64,000 nucleotides of DNA from Thermococcus sp. JdFR-02 (GTDB taxonomy: Archaea; Methanobacteriota_B; Thermococci; Thermococcales; Thermococcaceae). This document shows, piece by piece, positions 33,729-44,242 of the stretch. The notes under the pieces were generated by a model. It did not search any database and was not told the DNA's origin. It saw nothing but the letters and a program-made list of their open reading frames with translations. The number at the start of each line of letters is the position of its first letter. The stretch's first letter is position 1. The translations under genes and the position numbers were made by a program. The stretch covers positions 1 to 64,000 of the forward strand of contig MTLP01000031.1 in assembly GCA_002009975.1 (NCBI GenBank), read 5' to 3'.

Positions 33729-34750
33729 TGCTAATGATCATAGCTGAGAAGGAATTTAAGGATTACATAACAAGTAAACGCTTTCTATTAATTTTCGGCT
33801 TTCTTTTGCTAATAAGTATAGTCTCAATATGGCAGGGATATAATATATATCAAGCAAGACTCGAGAATTATGTTGCAGGCAAAACCAAATTCCAACCAAG
33901 CATATTTGACATATTCACACAAGTTAGAAATTACTTAGGGCTGATTGGAGCAATATTTGCCCTTTCCCTTGGATTTGATGCTATCACAAAAGAACGCGAG
34001 ATGGGAACACTCAAAGTTTTAATGAGCCATCCAGTTTATAAAGATCAAGTAATCTTAGGGAAGTTCCTTGGAGGAGCTTTGACCCTTGGTCTTTCAATTC
34101 TCATAATGACACTAACATCTCTCGGAGCACTCTTAATCTTAGGAGTCCAAATTGACGGCGAATCGCTTATGAGAATAATTCTTTTCATGCTTTTTGCTTA
34201 TCTATATCTCCTACTTTTCCTTGGTGTTGGAATGGCTTTCTCAGCACTTTCAAAAAACAGCAGCAATGCCTTGATGTATTCCCTTGTTTTGTTTCTTATT
34301 CTAATGATAATCTTCCCTACAATAGCTCCGATGATAGGAGAACACTATGCTGGAGATGCACCACAACAACCTCAAGTTTCAAGAAAAGAAGATCCTCATG
34401 CATGGGAACTCTACATAAAGAACTATATGAAATGGCAACAGAAGCGTTATGGAATTGAAAACAAGATAAATAGCTTTTCCCCTTATTACAACTTCCAGCA
34501 GCTCGGTAGTTATATCTTAAATCCTTACAAGTCCACACAATCTAATCTTCCAATAATACAAAGAGTGATAAGCAATCCTCAGCTTGCACAGGTTCTTAGA
34601 AAAAGCGGTATTGTAAAGATAGAACTTGAAAAATATTCACTAAGCCAAAGTCTTTCATTTGCAACATCGCATATAGTTCTCTTAATAGCTCCCCTAATAA
34701 TGAGCTTTATAGTGGCATATGTAGCGTTTATGAGAAGTGATATGAGGTGA
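33728..34750 (+). CDS. ABC-2/NosY-like permease
   Basis: GFDAITKEREMGTLKVLMSHPVYKDQVILGKFLG. Confidence 0.88.
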   Translation: MLMIIAEKEFKDYITSKRFLLIFGFLLLISIVSIWQGYNIYQARLENYVAGKTKFQPSIFDIFTQVRNYLGLIGAIFALSLGFDAITKEREMGTLKVLMSHPVYKDQVILGKFLGGALTLGLSILIMTLTSLGALLILGVQIDGESLMRIILFMLFAYLYLLLFLGVGMAFSALSKNSSNALMYSLVLFLILMIIFPTIAPMIGEHYAGDAPQQPQVSRKEDPHAWELYIKNYMKWQQKRYGIENKINSFSPYYNFQQLGSYILNPYKSTQSNLPIIQRVISNPQLAQVLRKSGIVKIELEKYSLSQSLSFATSHIVLLIAPLIMSFIVAYVAFMRSDMR

Positions 34751-34754
34751 GAAA

Positions 34755-36686
34755 ATGAAGAAGTTCGCCTTATTCTTATTTTTTCTCTTACCATTTGCTA
34801 CAGCGGGTCAAGCTGTTGATGTCTATCTCTATTTAGGACAGCTTATAGAAGTAAACGATGTTCCAATAGAGCTCTTGGATATTTCAAAAACTGGTGACAA
34901 AGCTGCTATAAAAGTAGGTAATGATACTTACGTCTTGAGTTTCGGAGAAAGTATTATCTACGAGAACTGGACAATTCACATGGGGAGCATAGAGCTTTCC
35001 AAGAAGAGAGTTCGTCTAATTCTTGAAGGAGTCGAGAGCATAAAAGGCTCAAGCAGACTGAACATAGAGATTCCCTATCCGAGTAAAGTAGCGTCTCTAA
35101 GAGACGAAGTAAGCTTTACTCTTCAAATTACAAACGAAGGAGATGATGCTCTGTTCCCCCTAAGCTACGCTCTTCCAAAGGACTTTGAGGCTTATTTCTA
35201 CGCTGAGAACAGCAAAGTGAATGAAGTTTACATAAAGCATGGAGAAACGAAAACCATAACCTTTGTTGTTAAAGTCTCAAATGTTGAAGGTGAGTTTGAC
35301 ATCTATGCCTTTGTTGGAAACTCTTCAGCAAAAATGCACTTAAGTGTAGAGAGCAAAGAGGAATATGAAGTTCACGCGGAGTATTTAGGAAAAGCTGTTG
35401 AAGCTGGTCAGGAAGTAACTTTTCCTATAACAATCAAAGCATATAGTGATACATTAGTTTCACTAAATGCATCTGCTCCAGAAGGATGGAAAGTTTACTT
35501 CAAATCTGGGAGTGAGAAGGTTACAAAGCTCTATTTATTTAAGGGAAGCAATATACCTCTAACTTTAGTCATCAGCATTCCAAGTGACACTCTAATTGGG
35601 ACATATAATGTAAGCGCAAATATTGGGAGTGAAGTGCTTGTCTTCGAGGTATATGTGGAAGAAACACACGCTGGCGAAAATGGTATAATAACTTTAAGGG
35701 TCACTGATTCCTCAAATGGCGCTTACATTTCTAGTGCTCTTGTGGAAGTTCTGAATGAAAATGAAACACTTGATCAAGTTTATACAACGCCTGATGGGAG
35801 AGCTCAACTTGAAGTGCCTGAGGGAAGCTATACATTGAGAGTAAGCAAAGAAGGATATGAAAGTTATGAGAAAGAATTTGAAGTTGAAGCAGGAAAAAAT
35901 ATCGATCTTGGAATAATAAGCCTCGATAAAATACCTTACTATTATACTCTTGAGTGCAACGAGCCCTCCAAAAGTGCTGTTCTGGGAGAAAGCCTGCAGT
36001 ATAAGATAATTATAGAGAATCTAGGTTTACAAGATGATTCATACAAGCTGACACTAAGAGACTTGCCTGATAACTGGGCTTACCGCATAGTAGAAAGCCT
36101 TAACTCAAAAGTAGGGATAAGCGAGACATTCGTAAAGGCTGATTCTCAAAAGACTATCTACCTAATAATTATTCCTCCCAATAATGCTGAGCTCAAAAAG
36201 TACAACTTCATTATTGAAGTGCAATCAAGAGGAAACAAAGAAGTGAAAGAGCTTGAATTAGAAGCAAACCTTATAGGGAGCTACGACATGAATATAAACC
36301 TCGAGCGTTATAGTTTCGAAATGAAAACAGGGGAAACAAAAGAGATAAGCGTTTGGATTTACAATAGTGGCTCAAGTCCACTAACGAATGTTCAGCTTAA
36401 TGTAGAAGTACCTGAAGGATGGCTCGTCACTATAGAGCCAGATGGTGTTGCTTCAATAGAAGCAAATAAATATGCCGAGTTTAAAGTTTCTATAACAAGT
36501 CCTCAAAATCTTGAAGCCGGTGATTATAAAATTACAATAAAAGCCAGCAGTGATCAACTTAGCAAAGAAGAAAATGTTAGAATAACAATAAAGAAAAGCA
36601 GTACACAGACCTATTTGGGCATTGGGATAATACTCATCTCCATGTTATTACTAGGTGCATTGCTTAAGAAATATGGAAGAAAGTGA
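34755..36686 (+). CDS. Membrane-anchored NEW3/Ig-repeat surface protein, paralog of 9759..11975
   Basis: Signal peptide, APEGW and LPDNW repeats, VSKEGYE, C-terminal TYLGIGII TM plus KYGRK. Confidence 0.8.
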   Translation: MKKFALFLFFLLPFATAGQAVDVYLYLGQLIEVNDVPIELLDISKTGDKAAIKVGNDTYVLSFGESIIYENWTIHMGSIELSKKRVRLILEGVESIKGSSRLNIEIPYPSKVASLRDEVSFTLQITNEGDDALFPLSYALPKDFEAYFYAENSKVNEVYIKHGETKTITFVVKVSNVEGEFDIYAFVGNSSAKMHLSVESKEEYEVHAEYLGKAVEAGQEVTFPITIKAYSDTLVSLNASAPEGWKVYFKSGSEKVTKLYLFKGSNIPLTLVISIPSDTLIGTYNVSANIGSEVLVFEVYVEETHAGENGIITLRVTDSSNGAYISSALVEVLNENETLDQVYTTPDGRAQLEVPEGSYTLRVSKEGYESYEKEFEVEAGKNIDLGIISLDKIPYYYTLECNEPSKSAVLGESLQYKIIIENLGLQDDSYKLTLRDLPDNWAYRIVESLNSKVGISETFVKADSQKTIYLIIIPPNNAELKKYNFIIEVQSRGNKEVKELELEANLIGSYDMNINLERYSFEMKTGETKEISVWIYNSGSSPLTNVQLNVEVPEGWLVTIEPDGVASIEANKYAEFKVSITSPQNLEAGDYKITIKASSDQLSKEENVRITIKKSSTQTYLGIGIILISMLLLGALLKKYGRK

Positions 36687-36747
36687 GCCTTTTCATCTTT
36701 TTTGAATATCTTTTTTCATTAAATAAAGTTTAGAAAAAAGAAAAAGC

Positions 36748-38253
36748 TCAAATATCAACCTCCCCCTTTTCCTTCAACTCCTTGTACATCTTCCAGGTTA
36801 TTATTGGTCTCTTTGCCGCTAAAACGTCGTCAACCCTTCTTACAGCCGTGTTATGTGGAGCGCTCTTTACCATTTCGGGATTATTGTATGCTTCTTCACT
36901 TATCTTCTTCAATGCATTGACGTAAGCATCAAGCTCTTCCTTTGTAACGGTTTCAGTTGGTTCAATCATTAAAGCTTCATGTACAATTAATGGGAAGTAG
37001 ATTGTTGGAGCGTGTAAACCAAAGTCAAGCAGTCTTTTAGCTACATCTAAGGTCTTAACTCCAGTTTCCTTCTTCATTGGCTCTGCACTAAAGACAACTT
37101 CATGTTTTCTAAGCTCTTTATGAGGTAATTCATAACCTTTTGTTCCTTTGAGCTTTTGCGTTAAGTAGTTTGCATTGAGAACAGCCATTTCTCCTGCTTC
37201 TTTTAATCCGCTCTTGCCCATTATCTTGAGATAAGTTAAAGCCCTAACTAAGACTGCAAAGTTTCCATAAAATTCTTTAACCTTCCCAATACTCTTTGGC
37301 AGGTTATAGTTAAGATAATACCTGCCCTCCTCTTCATCGTAATCCACTATTGGGACTGGAAGGTACTTAATGAGGTGCTTTTTAACTCCAACTGGACCAG
37401 CCCCAGGACCTCCACCACCGTGGGGTGTTGAGAAAGTCTTATGCAAATTAATGTGGACAACATCAAATCCCATATCCCCTGGTCTAACTTTGCCAAGAAT
37501 TCCATTTAAGTTTGCACCATCGTAATAAAGCAATCCACCAGCTTTGTGCACAATCTTGGCTATCTCCAAAATGTCTTCCTCAAAGATGCCCAGCGTGTTT
37601 GGATTGGTTAGCATCAATCCAGCTGTTTTCTCACTTACTGCATTTTCTAAAGCCTCTAAATCCACCATGCCTTGTTCATTTGAAGGAATTTCAATAACTT
37701 TAAAGCCTGCCACTGCAGCACTTGCTGGATTAGTACCATGTGCCGAATCTGGAACTATAATCTCATTTCTTTGCGTTTCACCCTTATCCAGATGGTAAGC
37801 CCTAATTATCATGACCCCAGTGAATTCACCATTTGCACCTGCTGCTGGTTGCAGAGTGAAGCGATCCATACCAGTTATTTCCTTTAACCATTGTTCGAGC
37901 TCATACATTATTTGCAAAGCACCTTGTACTGTTCTTTCATCTTGATAGGGATGAATAAATGTAACCTTTGGATGAAAAGCCATCTCTTCATTAATCTTTG
38001 GATTATATTTCATTGTACAAGAGCCGAGAGGATAAAATCCGCTATCTACACCAAAGTTCATCTCACTAAGCCTTGTGTAGTGCTTAACAATCTCAGGCTC
38101 GCTGACTTCTGGTAAGTCAACTTCCTTTCTCCTTAGTTTCTCAGGAATCTGGATCTCAATATCTTCAATTGGCTCTGGAAGTGAAAACCCAATCCTTCCA
38201 GGTTTGGAGAGTTCAAATATCAAAGGTTCATCCCATTTAGCCTGTCTGAACAT
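36748..38253 (-). CDS. gcvPB: Glycine cleavage system P protein subunit 2
   Basis: [38 protein letters not shown]. Confidence 0.97.
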   Translation of the reverse strand: MFRQAKWDEPLIFELSKPGRIGFSLPEPIEDIEIQIPEKLRRKEVDLPEVSEPEIVKHYTRLSEMNFGVDSGFYPLGSCTMKYNPKINEEMAFHPKVTFIHPYQDERTVQGALQIMYELEQWLKEITGMDRFTLQPAAGANGEFTGVMIIRAYHLDKGETQRNEIIVPDSAHGTNPASAAVAGFKVIEIPSNEQGMVDLEALENAVSEKTAGLMLTNPNTLGIFEEDILEIAKIVHKAGGLLYYDGANLNGILGKVRPGDMGFDVVHINLHKTFSTPHGGGGPGAGPVGVKKHLIKYLPVPIVDYDEEEGRYYLNYNLPKSIGKVKEFYGNFAVLVRALTYLKIMGKSGLKEAGEMAVLNANYLTQKLKGTKGYELPHKELRKHEVVFSAEPMKKETGVKTLDVAKRLLDFGLHAPTIYFPLIVHEALMIEPTETVTKEELDAYVNALKKISEEAYNNPEMVKSAPHNTAVRRVDDVLAAKRPIITWKMYKELKEKGEVDI

Positions 38254-38263
38254 TTTTACCACC

Positions 38264-39619
38264 TCACAGTCCAGCCTCCGCTATTATCTCCTTCAATGAT
38301 TCAACTAACGCATTAATCCATTCTTTTCTTGTTGTTTCAGTTACTGCAAATAAAGCACTCTCTCCAAGCTCTGGAAAGTGCTGTTTTAAGTAAAATCCAC
38401 CGTGAATGTTCCTCTCTAAAAGCCTTTCATGAATTGCATCGTATGGAACATCAAACCTCACCAAGACATCTTTGAAGTTTATCCCATCAAAAGGAATCTC
38501 AGCAACTTCGCTTATACGTTTCTTAAAGTAAGCGGTGTTTTTGAGAATTATTTCACCCAATTTTTGAAGCCCTTTTGGTCCAAGTGAAGCTATGTGAATT
38601 GCAGCAGCTACAGCTACTAAAGCCTCATTTGAACAAATATTTGAAGTTGCTTTAGCTCTCCTAATATGCTGCTCTCTCGTTTGCAAAGTCATTACAAAAG
38701 CTCTCTTTCCTTCAGCATCTTTTGTCATTCCAATTATCCTTCCAGGCATTTGTCTAATTAGTTTTTTATCATTTCTAACAGCAAAAATTCCCGCTCTCGG
38801 ACCACCAAAATTCATTGGATTTCCAAAGAAAGCCGCTTCACCTATTACAACATCTGCCCCATAATTCCCTGGTGCCTCAAAAATTCCTAAGCTGGTTGGA
38901 TCAACGCCGACTATAAATAGAGCATCGTTTTCATGAGCTATCTTTCCAATTTCTTCAACATTTTCTTCAATTAGCCCAAAGAAGTTCGGCATTTCAACAT
39001 AAACTCCAGCTGCACCTTTTACTTTCTTCTCTAGCTCTTCTAAGTTTATCTGTCCTTTTTCATCCCAATTAATGTACTCAATTTGCATGTTAGCCCCAGC
39101 AACATAAGTGTGAAGAACTTTTTTCTTTTCTGGGCTTAAGTGTTTTGGAACAATAAATTTAGCTCTCTTCTTAACTCTATAGCTCATTAAAGCTGCTTCG
39201 CCTAAAGCAGTTCCCCAATCATACATTGATGCATTTACAATCTCCAGTCCAACTAGTTCAGCAATTAGACTTTGGTATTCAAAGAGAGCTTGGAGCATTC
39301 CTTGACTAATCTCTGCTTGGTACGGAGTATAAGCTGTTAAAAATTCGCTTCTTGATATTAGATACTTCACGTGAGCTGGTACATAGTGATTGTAAGTTCC
39401 TGCACCTAAGAAAATGGGAATCTCCAGAGCTGTTTTGTTTTTGCTTAAAATCTCGTTCATTTCAAGGAATACTTCATATTCGCTTTTACCCTCTGGTAAG
39501 TTAAATTCATGCATCACTTCCTTTGGAACATCAGAAAAAAGCTCATCAATGGAAGTAAAGCCAATCTCTCTGAGCATCTCTTCTTTATGCGCTAAATTTG
39601 GTAAATATTGCTTCGCCAT
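38264..39619 (-). CDS. gcvPA: Glycine cleavage system P protein subunit 1
   Basis: [39 protein letters not shown]. Confidence 0.97.
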   Translation of the reverse strand: MAKQYLPNLAHKEEMLREIGFTSIDELFSDVPKEVMHEFNLPEGKSEYEVFLEMNEILSKNKTALEIPIFLGAGTYNHYVPAHVKYLISRSEFLTAYTPYQAEISQGMLQALFEYQSLIAELVGLEIVNASMYDWGTALGEAALMSYRVKKRAKFIVPKHLSPEKKKVLHTYVAGANMQIEYINWDEKGQINLEELEKKVKGAAGVYVEMPNFFGLIEENVEEIGKIAHENDALFIVGVDPTSLGIFEAPGNYGADVVIGEAAFFGNPMNFGGPRAGIFAVRNDKKLIRQMPGRIIGMTKDAEGKRAFVMTLQTREQHIRRAKATSNICSNEALVAVAAAIHIASLGPKGLQKLGEIILKNTAYFKKRISEVAEIPFDGINFKDVLVRFDVPYDAIHERLLERNIHGGFYLKQHFPELGESALFAVTETTRKEWINALVESLKEIIAEAGL

Positions 39620-39780
39620 AGGCATCACCTTAAAACAATCATCATAATATTTTGCACATCTAAAATATATGTCTTGTGATTGACTAAACATTAGGTGATG
39701 GATATATAACTTATGGTGTGAAACACATTTGACCAGAAATGCTTAAAAGTGATGAGTATCTACATTGACTCGGTGAAAAA

Positions 39781-40929
39781 ATGATCATCTATTTAGATAA
39801 TGCAAACACAACTAAACCTGACCCAGAGGTTATTAAGATCATGCTTGAGTACTTAGAAGAGAAATACGGAGCTCCAGGAGGGGAATTTGGGCACATATTT
39901 GATGAAGATGCAAGGGAAGCAGTGGAGATAGCAAGGGAAAAGATAGCGAGAGAGATAAATGCATCCCCAGAGGAGATTATTTTTGTCTCAGATGAGATAG
40001 AAGCGGATAATATAGCAATAAAGGGAGTAGCATTCCAAAAGGGCAAGGGGAAAGTGCTGACAAGTAAAATTGAAAGAAAAGCAATCATAAACACGGTGAA
40101 GCGATTGAAAGAATTTGACTTCGAAGCTCATGAAATCAGTGTTGATAGAGAAGGCTTCATTAAAATCGATGAACTGCAGAATAACTTAAATGATGCAATC
40201 CTCTTTGCGACTCATCATGGAAATTTTGAAATTGGTACTATCCAGAATGTAAGAGCTATAAGCGACTTAGTTCATGAGAAAGGTGCGTTGCTCTACTTGG
40301 ATGCAACTCAAAGCTTCGGAAAAGTTAAAATCGATGTCAAAAAACTTGATGTTGATTTAATGAGCATTACAGCCCATCTAATTCATGGACCTAAAGGGAT
40401 AGCCGCCCTCTATATAAGAGATGGAATCAAAATAAAGCCTATTTTAGATGGAGATGTAAGGGAAAGAGGTATTAGACCTGGAATGATAAACGTTCCAGCT
40501 ATTGCTGGTTTTGGAAAAGCTGTTGAGTTAATTAATTATGAAGATGCAAAGAGAATGGCAAAACTGAGGGATAAACTTATTGATTTATTGCTCACGATCC
40601 CAGATACAAAGTTAAATGGTCCAAAAGGGGATAAGAGGCTTCCACATAACGTTAATGTTTCATTTGCTTATGTTGAAGGTGAAAGTGTATTATTGCACTG
40701 CGACATGAGGGGATTAGTATTCTCAACTGGTTCAGCTTGTTATTCCCAAGAACTCCTGCCAAGCCATGTTATCAGAGGTATAGGGGGCTCATTTGAAGAC
40801 GCTCACGGCTCAGTAAGGCTTAGTCTAAGCAAGTGGACAACAGAAGAAGAGATAATTAAGGCTTATGAGATATTAAAAGATGTTGTAACTAAGCTGAGGG
40901 AAATAAGCATTTATGGTGGGAAGAAATGA
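39781..40929 (+). CDS. iscS: IscS/NifS-like (class V aminotransferase fold) protein with a degenerate PLP site
   Basis: IYLDN, DATQSFGK, HGPKG, STGSAC group I loop; the PLP Lys position is Leu200 and the His position is Arg99. Confidence 0.85.
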   Translation: MIIYLDNANTTKPDPEVIKIMLEYLEEKYGAPGGEFGHIFDEDAREAVEIAREKIAREINASPEEIIFVSDEIEADNIAIKGVAFQKGKGKVLTSKIERKAIINTVKRLKEFDFEAHEISVDREGFIKIDELQNNLNDAILFATHHGNFEIGTIQNVRAISDLVHEKGALLYLDATQSFGKVKIDVKKLDVDLMSITAHLIHGPKGIAALYIRDGIKIKPILDGDVRERGIRPGMINVPAIAGFGKAVELINYEDAKRMAKLRDKLIDLLLTIPDTKLNGPKGDKRLPHNVNVSFAYVEGESVLLHCDMRGLVFSTGSACYSQELLPSHVIRGIGGSFEDAHGSVRLSLSKWTTEEEIIKAYEILKDVVTKLREISIYGGKK

Positions 40930-41147
40930 TTAAAATCAATGTTGTTGGAAAACCTTGTCCAGTCCCACTCAATGAGTTTAGAAAAGCGATTAGAAGAGCC
41001 CCAGTTGGCGAAATTATTGAAATAATCGGAACGCATGAGCTTAGTAAAGGAGAAATAGCCCTAGCCGCTGAAGAAACTGGGCAGGAAATTCTGGAAATCG
41101 ATGAAAAAGATGGAGTATGGAGGATAGTTGTAAAAAAGGTGAGGTAA
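40926..41147 (+). CDS. tusA: TusA/SirA-family sulfur carrier
   Basis: 73 aa with the GKPCPVP (CPxP) motif. Confidence 0.88.
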   Translation: MIKINVVGKPCPVPLNEFRKAIRRAPVGEIIEIIGTHELSKGEIALAAEETGQEILEIDEKDGVWRIVVKKVR

Positions 41148-41795
41148 ATGGAGAGATTCGATGCAAGAAAGTGGGATGAGAAGAAACGTATAGGCTACTC
41201 AAGAAAGGTCTTGCAGTTATTCTTAAATCCAAAAAACGTTGGAGAAATTGAAAATCCGTCAGTCACGGCAAAAGCAGGAAGTCCAGCCTGTGGTGACATG
41301 ATAAAGCTTTATTTAAAGATTGAGGATGATAGAATAGTTGATGCAAAGTTTAGGACATATGGGTGTGCCGCTAACATAGCCACAGCTTCTATGCTAACCG
41401 AGATGATAATTGGAAAACCTGTTGAAGAAGCTAAAAAGATTAAATTTAAAGACCTCGTAGAAGCTCTTGGTGGTTTGCCTCAAATCAAATATCACTGTGC
41501 TGTTTTAGCTGCTGAAGGTTTGAGACAAGCTTTAGCAAAGTGGGATGTCATTCAAGGAAAAAGAAAAATTGATGAGAGCTTTGTTAAACTGATATTGGCT
41601 GCTGTTATTGATCCTCTCACAGGTGAGAGCGTTCTTCACGGACATAAATATCTCGGCTGTGAAATAGAAGGTAAAAAAGTCAAGATAAAGCTCGCCATTC
41701 CCAAGGATAGTGAAGAGGCAATTGTGTTTGAAGAGCAAATTAGAGAATCTTTTGAAGGTTTAGATGTTGATTTAGAGATCGAGTTCTTGGGGTAA
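41148..41795 (+). CDS. iscU: IscU/NifU-N Fe-S scaffold with C-terminal DUF59/SufT-like extension
   Basis: NPKNVG, PACGD, YGCAAN, KYHCAVLA; tail LAAVIDPLTG resembles DUF59 VIDPExG. Confidence 0.85.
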   Translation: MERFDARKWDEKKRIGYSRKVLQLFLNPKNVGEIENPSVTAKAGSPACGDMIKLYLKIEDDRIVDAKFRTYGCAANIATASMLTEMIIGKPVEEAKKIKFKDLVEALGGLPQIKYHCAVLAAEGLRQALAKWDVIQGKRKIDESFVKLILAAVIDPLTGESVLHGHKYLGCEIEGKKVKIKLAIPKDSEEAIVFEEQIRESFEGLDVDLEIEFLG

Positions 41796-41851
41796 ACTTT
41801 TTATTTTCATTCTTTTAAAAAAGAGCAACTTATTATGAGGAGGAGCAACTG

Positions 41852-42526
41852 ATGATAGTAGCCTTTGATTTTGATGGCACTTTAGTAGACAGCTATACAG
41901 TAATAGAGGAAGCTTTTAGAAGAGCTTTAGAAAAACACTTTCCTTGGCTCCCCCTCAAGGGTTTCTGGGCTAAGATACTAACTAAAATAGAGCTTTACTT
42001 TGAAAGACCTCGCTTTGGAAAGCATAGAGGAAAAGTAAAACAACCTTTTTTCTTCAGATGGAAGTTTTTTAAAAGCTGGTTTGAAGAGAGAGCAAAGTTA
42101 AGTAAGCCTATAGATGACTCTAAGGAAGTTTTAAAGAAGCTTAGGGAAGAAGGACACAAGGTTATTTCCTTCTCAGCTGAGGATTTTGTAAATGGCATGA
42201 AGGAGTATCGTCTAAAAATTAGCGGTTTTTATGAACTTTTTGATGATGTAATAGTATTTGGCACTGAAATAAGCCCATGCGAGGCTATTCAGATAGTTAG
42301 AGAGAGATACGGTGATGATGTTTTTATTTGGGTAGATGACAAGCCCTGGCGCTTTATTGGAAGAGGGGATGAGAATACAGAATATGTCTGGTATTATTTC
42401 CCGCCAACAGCAAAATTTGTAAATGAAAAAATTTTGGAACAAATTCATCATTTACATGTAATCCAAGACTTGTGGAGCATTTTTGATGTTATTGAAAGGA
42501 TAAAGAAGGAAAGAAAGTCAAAATAA
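41852..42526 (+). CDS. HAD-superfamily hydrolase
   Basis: AFDFDGTLVDS, WVDD. Confidence 0.85.
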   Translation: MIVAFDFDGTLVDSYTVIEEAFRRALEKHFPWLPLKGFWAKILTKIELYFERPRFGKHRGKVKQPFFFRWKFFKSWFEERAKLSKPIDDSKEVLKKLREEGHKVISFSAEDFVNGMKEYRLKISGFYELFDDVIVFGTEISPCEAIQIVRERYGDDVFIWVDDKPWRFIGRGDENTEYVWYYFPPTAKFVNEKILEQIHHLHVIQDLWSIFDVIERIKKERKSK

Positions 42527-42577
42527 AGGATTAGCCTAACCAGAGAACTTTTAAAAACCAAAATTTTAATTTAATTT

Positions 42578-43258
42578 ATGAGCTTACAGCTGCTACCACA
42601 AAAAGCCATCAAGCTTGGAAATGTTCTTATCATTGCTGACCTTCACTTAGGTTTTGAGGAAAGCTTAGCAAGAGAAGGAGCCTATTTGCCCAAAGCATTT
42701 GATGAGATGGTTTCTTCACTAAAAGGACTTCTCATAAAAGAAAAACCCAAAACCCTAATCATAAACGGAGATTTAAAACACTCTTTTATTCCATTTAAGA
42801 GAGAACGGCTCGAACTTAGAGCCTTTCTTGAAGAGATTCTTCCTTTAGTAAGCGAAATAATCGTTGTTAAAGGAAATCATGATGTTGGGATTTCTTGGAT
42901 AAAAGAGTTTGGCGTTGAGATTGTTGAAAAGCTTGAAATTAAAGGCTACACAATAACTCATGGACATCAACTCATTGAAGGGGAGAAATTTATCATAGGG
43001 CATGAGCATCCAGCCATAAAACTTAGAGATGAAGTTGGAGCTTTAATAAAGGTTCCAATCTTTTTGATTAGTGAAGATTTAATTGTTCTACCTGCTTTCA
43101 CCCCTTGGGCTTATGGAAACGATATTTTAAGGGAAATAATTTCTCCATATCTAGAAAAATTTGATATTAAAACATCTAAAATCCTAGTTTCCCTCGAAGA
43201 TGAAATCTTAGATTTTGGAACACTTGAAAAATTGATAGAGGCTCTGAGGAAGATTTAA
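42578..43258 (+). CDS. Calcineurin-like metallophosphoesterase
   Basis: ADLHLG, NGDLKH, GNHD, THGH, GHEHP, LPAF. Confidence 0.9.
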   Translation: MSLQLLPQKAIKLGNVLIIADLHLGFEESLAREGAYLPKAFDEMVSSLKGLLIKEKPKTLIINGDLKHSFIPFKRERLELRAFLEEILPLVSEIIVVKGNHDVGISWIKEFGVEIVEKLEIKGYTITHGHQLIEGEKFIIGHEHPAIKLRDEVGALIKVPIFLISEDLIVLPAFTPWAYGNDILREIISPYLEKFDIKTSKILVSLEDEILDFGTLEKLIEALRKI

Positions 43259-43292
43259 ATTTCTTAAACTCCAAATTTAATTTGGTGATCAC

Positions 43293-43988
43293 ATGGATGT
43301 TTTAAGTGCTATTGTATTCTTTGCATATGCCCCTGCTCTGGCGTTACTTTGGTACTTCTATCACGAAGATAAGCTCGAACCAGAGCCCAAAAAATATGTT
43401 ATTGGGACGTTCTTTTTAGGAGCAACCCTGTCAGTTTTAATAGCAATGCTTGTTGAAAAAATTCTAGTTCCAAATATTCTGCCTCCAACGGTTTTCTTTT
43501 TAGCTCTAACAGCTGGAATTGTTGAAGAACCAGCGAAAGCATTGGCAATTAAACTACCTTATAGAGCCGGGCAAATGGACGGTATTATGGACGGGGTTGT
43601 ATATGGTGTAGCTGCAGGCTTAGGATTTGCCGCAACTGAGAATTTGCTCTATGGTTTGGGTTACGGAATTGGGGCTACCATAGTAAGAGGATTTTTAACG
43701 CCTTTTGCCCACGCTACATGGAGTTCAATCATTGGTATAGGGTATGGCTTAAAGGCTGAAGGAAAAATACATAGCTTAACAAACTATTTTGCATTAGCAA
43801 TTCTGTTGCACTTCATTTGGGATTACTACGCATTCTTAAGCGTCAACATTCCAGCATACTATGTGGTGATATTCTTGTTAATATTCGTTAACATGGCACT
43901 TACAAGATACTTTATAATGCTTGGACAGAGAGAAGATTTGGAAAAAATGTGGTGGTATTGGTTTGTGGGAGGTAGAAGATATGAGTAA
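43293..43988 (+). CDS. PrsW-family intramembrane protease
   Basis: EPEP, GIVEEPAK, GLGFAATEN, AH and LH motifs. Confidence 0.9.
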   Translation: MDVLSAIVFFAYAPALALLWYFYHEDKLEPEPKKYVIGTFFLGATLSVLIAMLVEKILVPNILPPTVFFLALTAGIVEEPAKALAIKLPYRAGQMDGIMDGVVYGVAAGLGFAATENLLYGLGYGIGATIVRGFLTPFAHATWSSIIGIGYGLKAEGKIHSLTNYFALAILLHFIWDYYAFLSVNIPAYYVVIFLLIFVNMALTRYFIMLGQREDLEKMWWYWFVGGRRYE

Positions 43989-44184
43989 AATTGAGGATGC
44001 ACTGTTTGAGGCTCGCCCTTATGTTGAGTATTTCGATGAGCTGAAAAAAACTGTTAAAAAGATAAATGAGATAGCTAAGAGTGAAGAAGAATTTAAAAGA
44101 CTCATTGAAGAGGAAATTCAAAAAGCTCAGGAACCATTTAAAACTGATTTACGGATTTTTCTCCAGAAATTTGAAGCTCTTTGA
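43981..44184 (+). CDS. Small hypothetical helical protein
   Basis: ATG 43981 after GGAGGT SD, overlapping the prsW stop; 67 aa. Confidence 0.75.
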   Translation: MSKIEDALFEARPYVEYFDELKKTVKKINEIAKSEEEFKRLIEEEIQKAQEPFKTDLRIFLQKFEAL

Positions 44185-44242
44185 TTTTTTCTTTTATCGA
44201 AAAATTTATTAACTTTCAGATTAAGTAAATATTGGTGAAACT

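Noticed and set aside
32499-36750. Integrated element at tRNA-Thr
   Set aside because: No integrase and no repeated tRNA 3' end found downstream; the similarity between the two tRNA-Thr genes is ordinary isoacceptor identity.
39750-39776. GTGATGA box C-like string upstream of iscS
   Set aside because: No properly spaced CTGA D'/D boxes; it lies within the promoter and leader.
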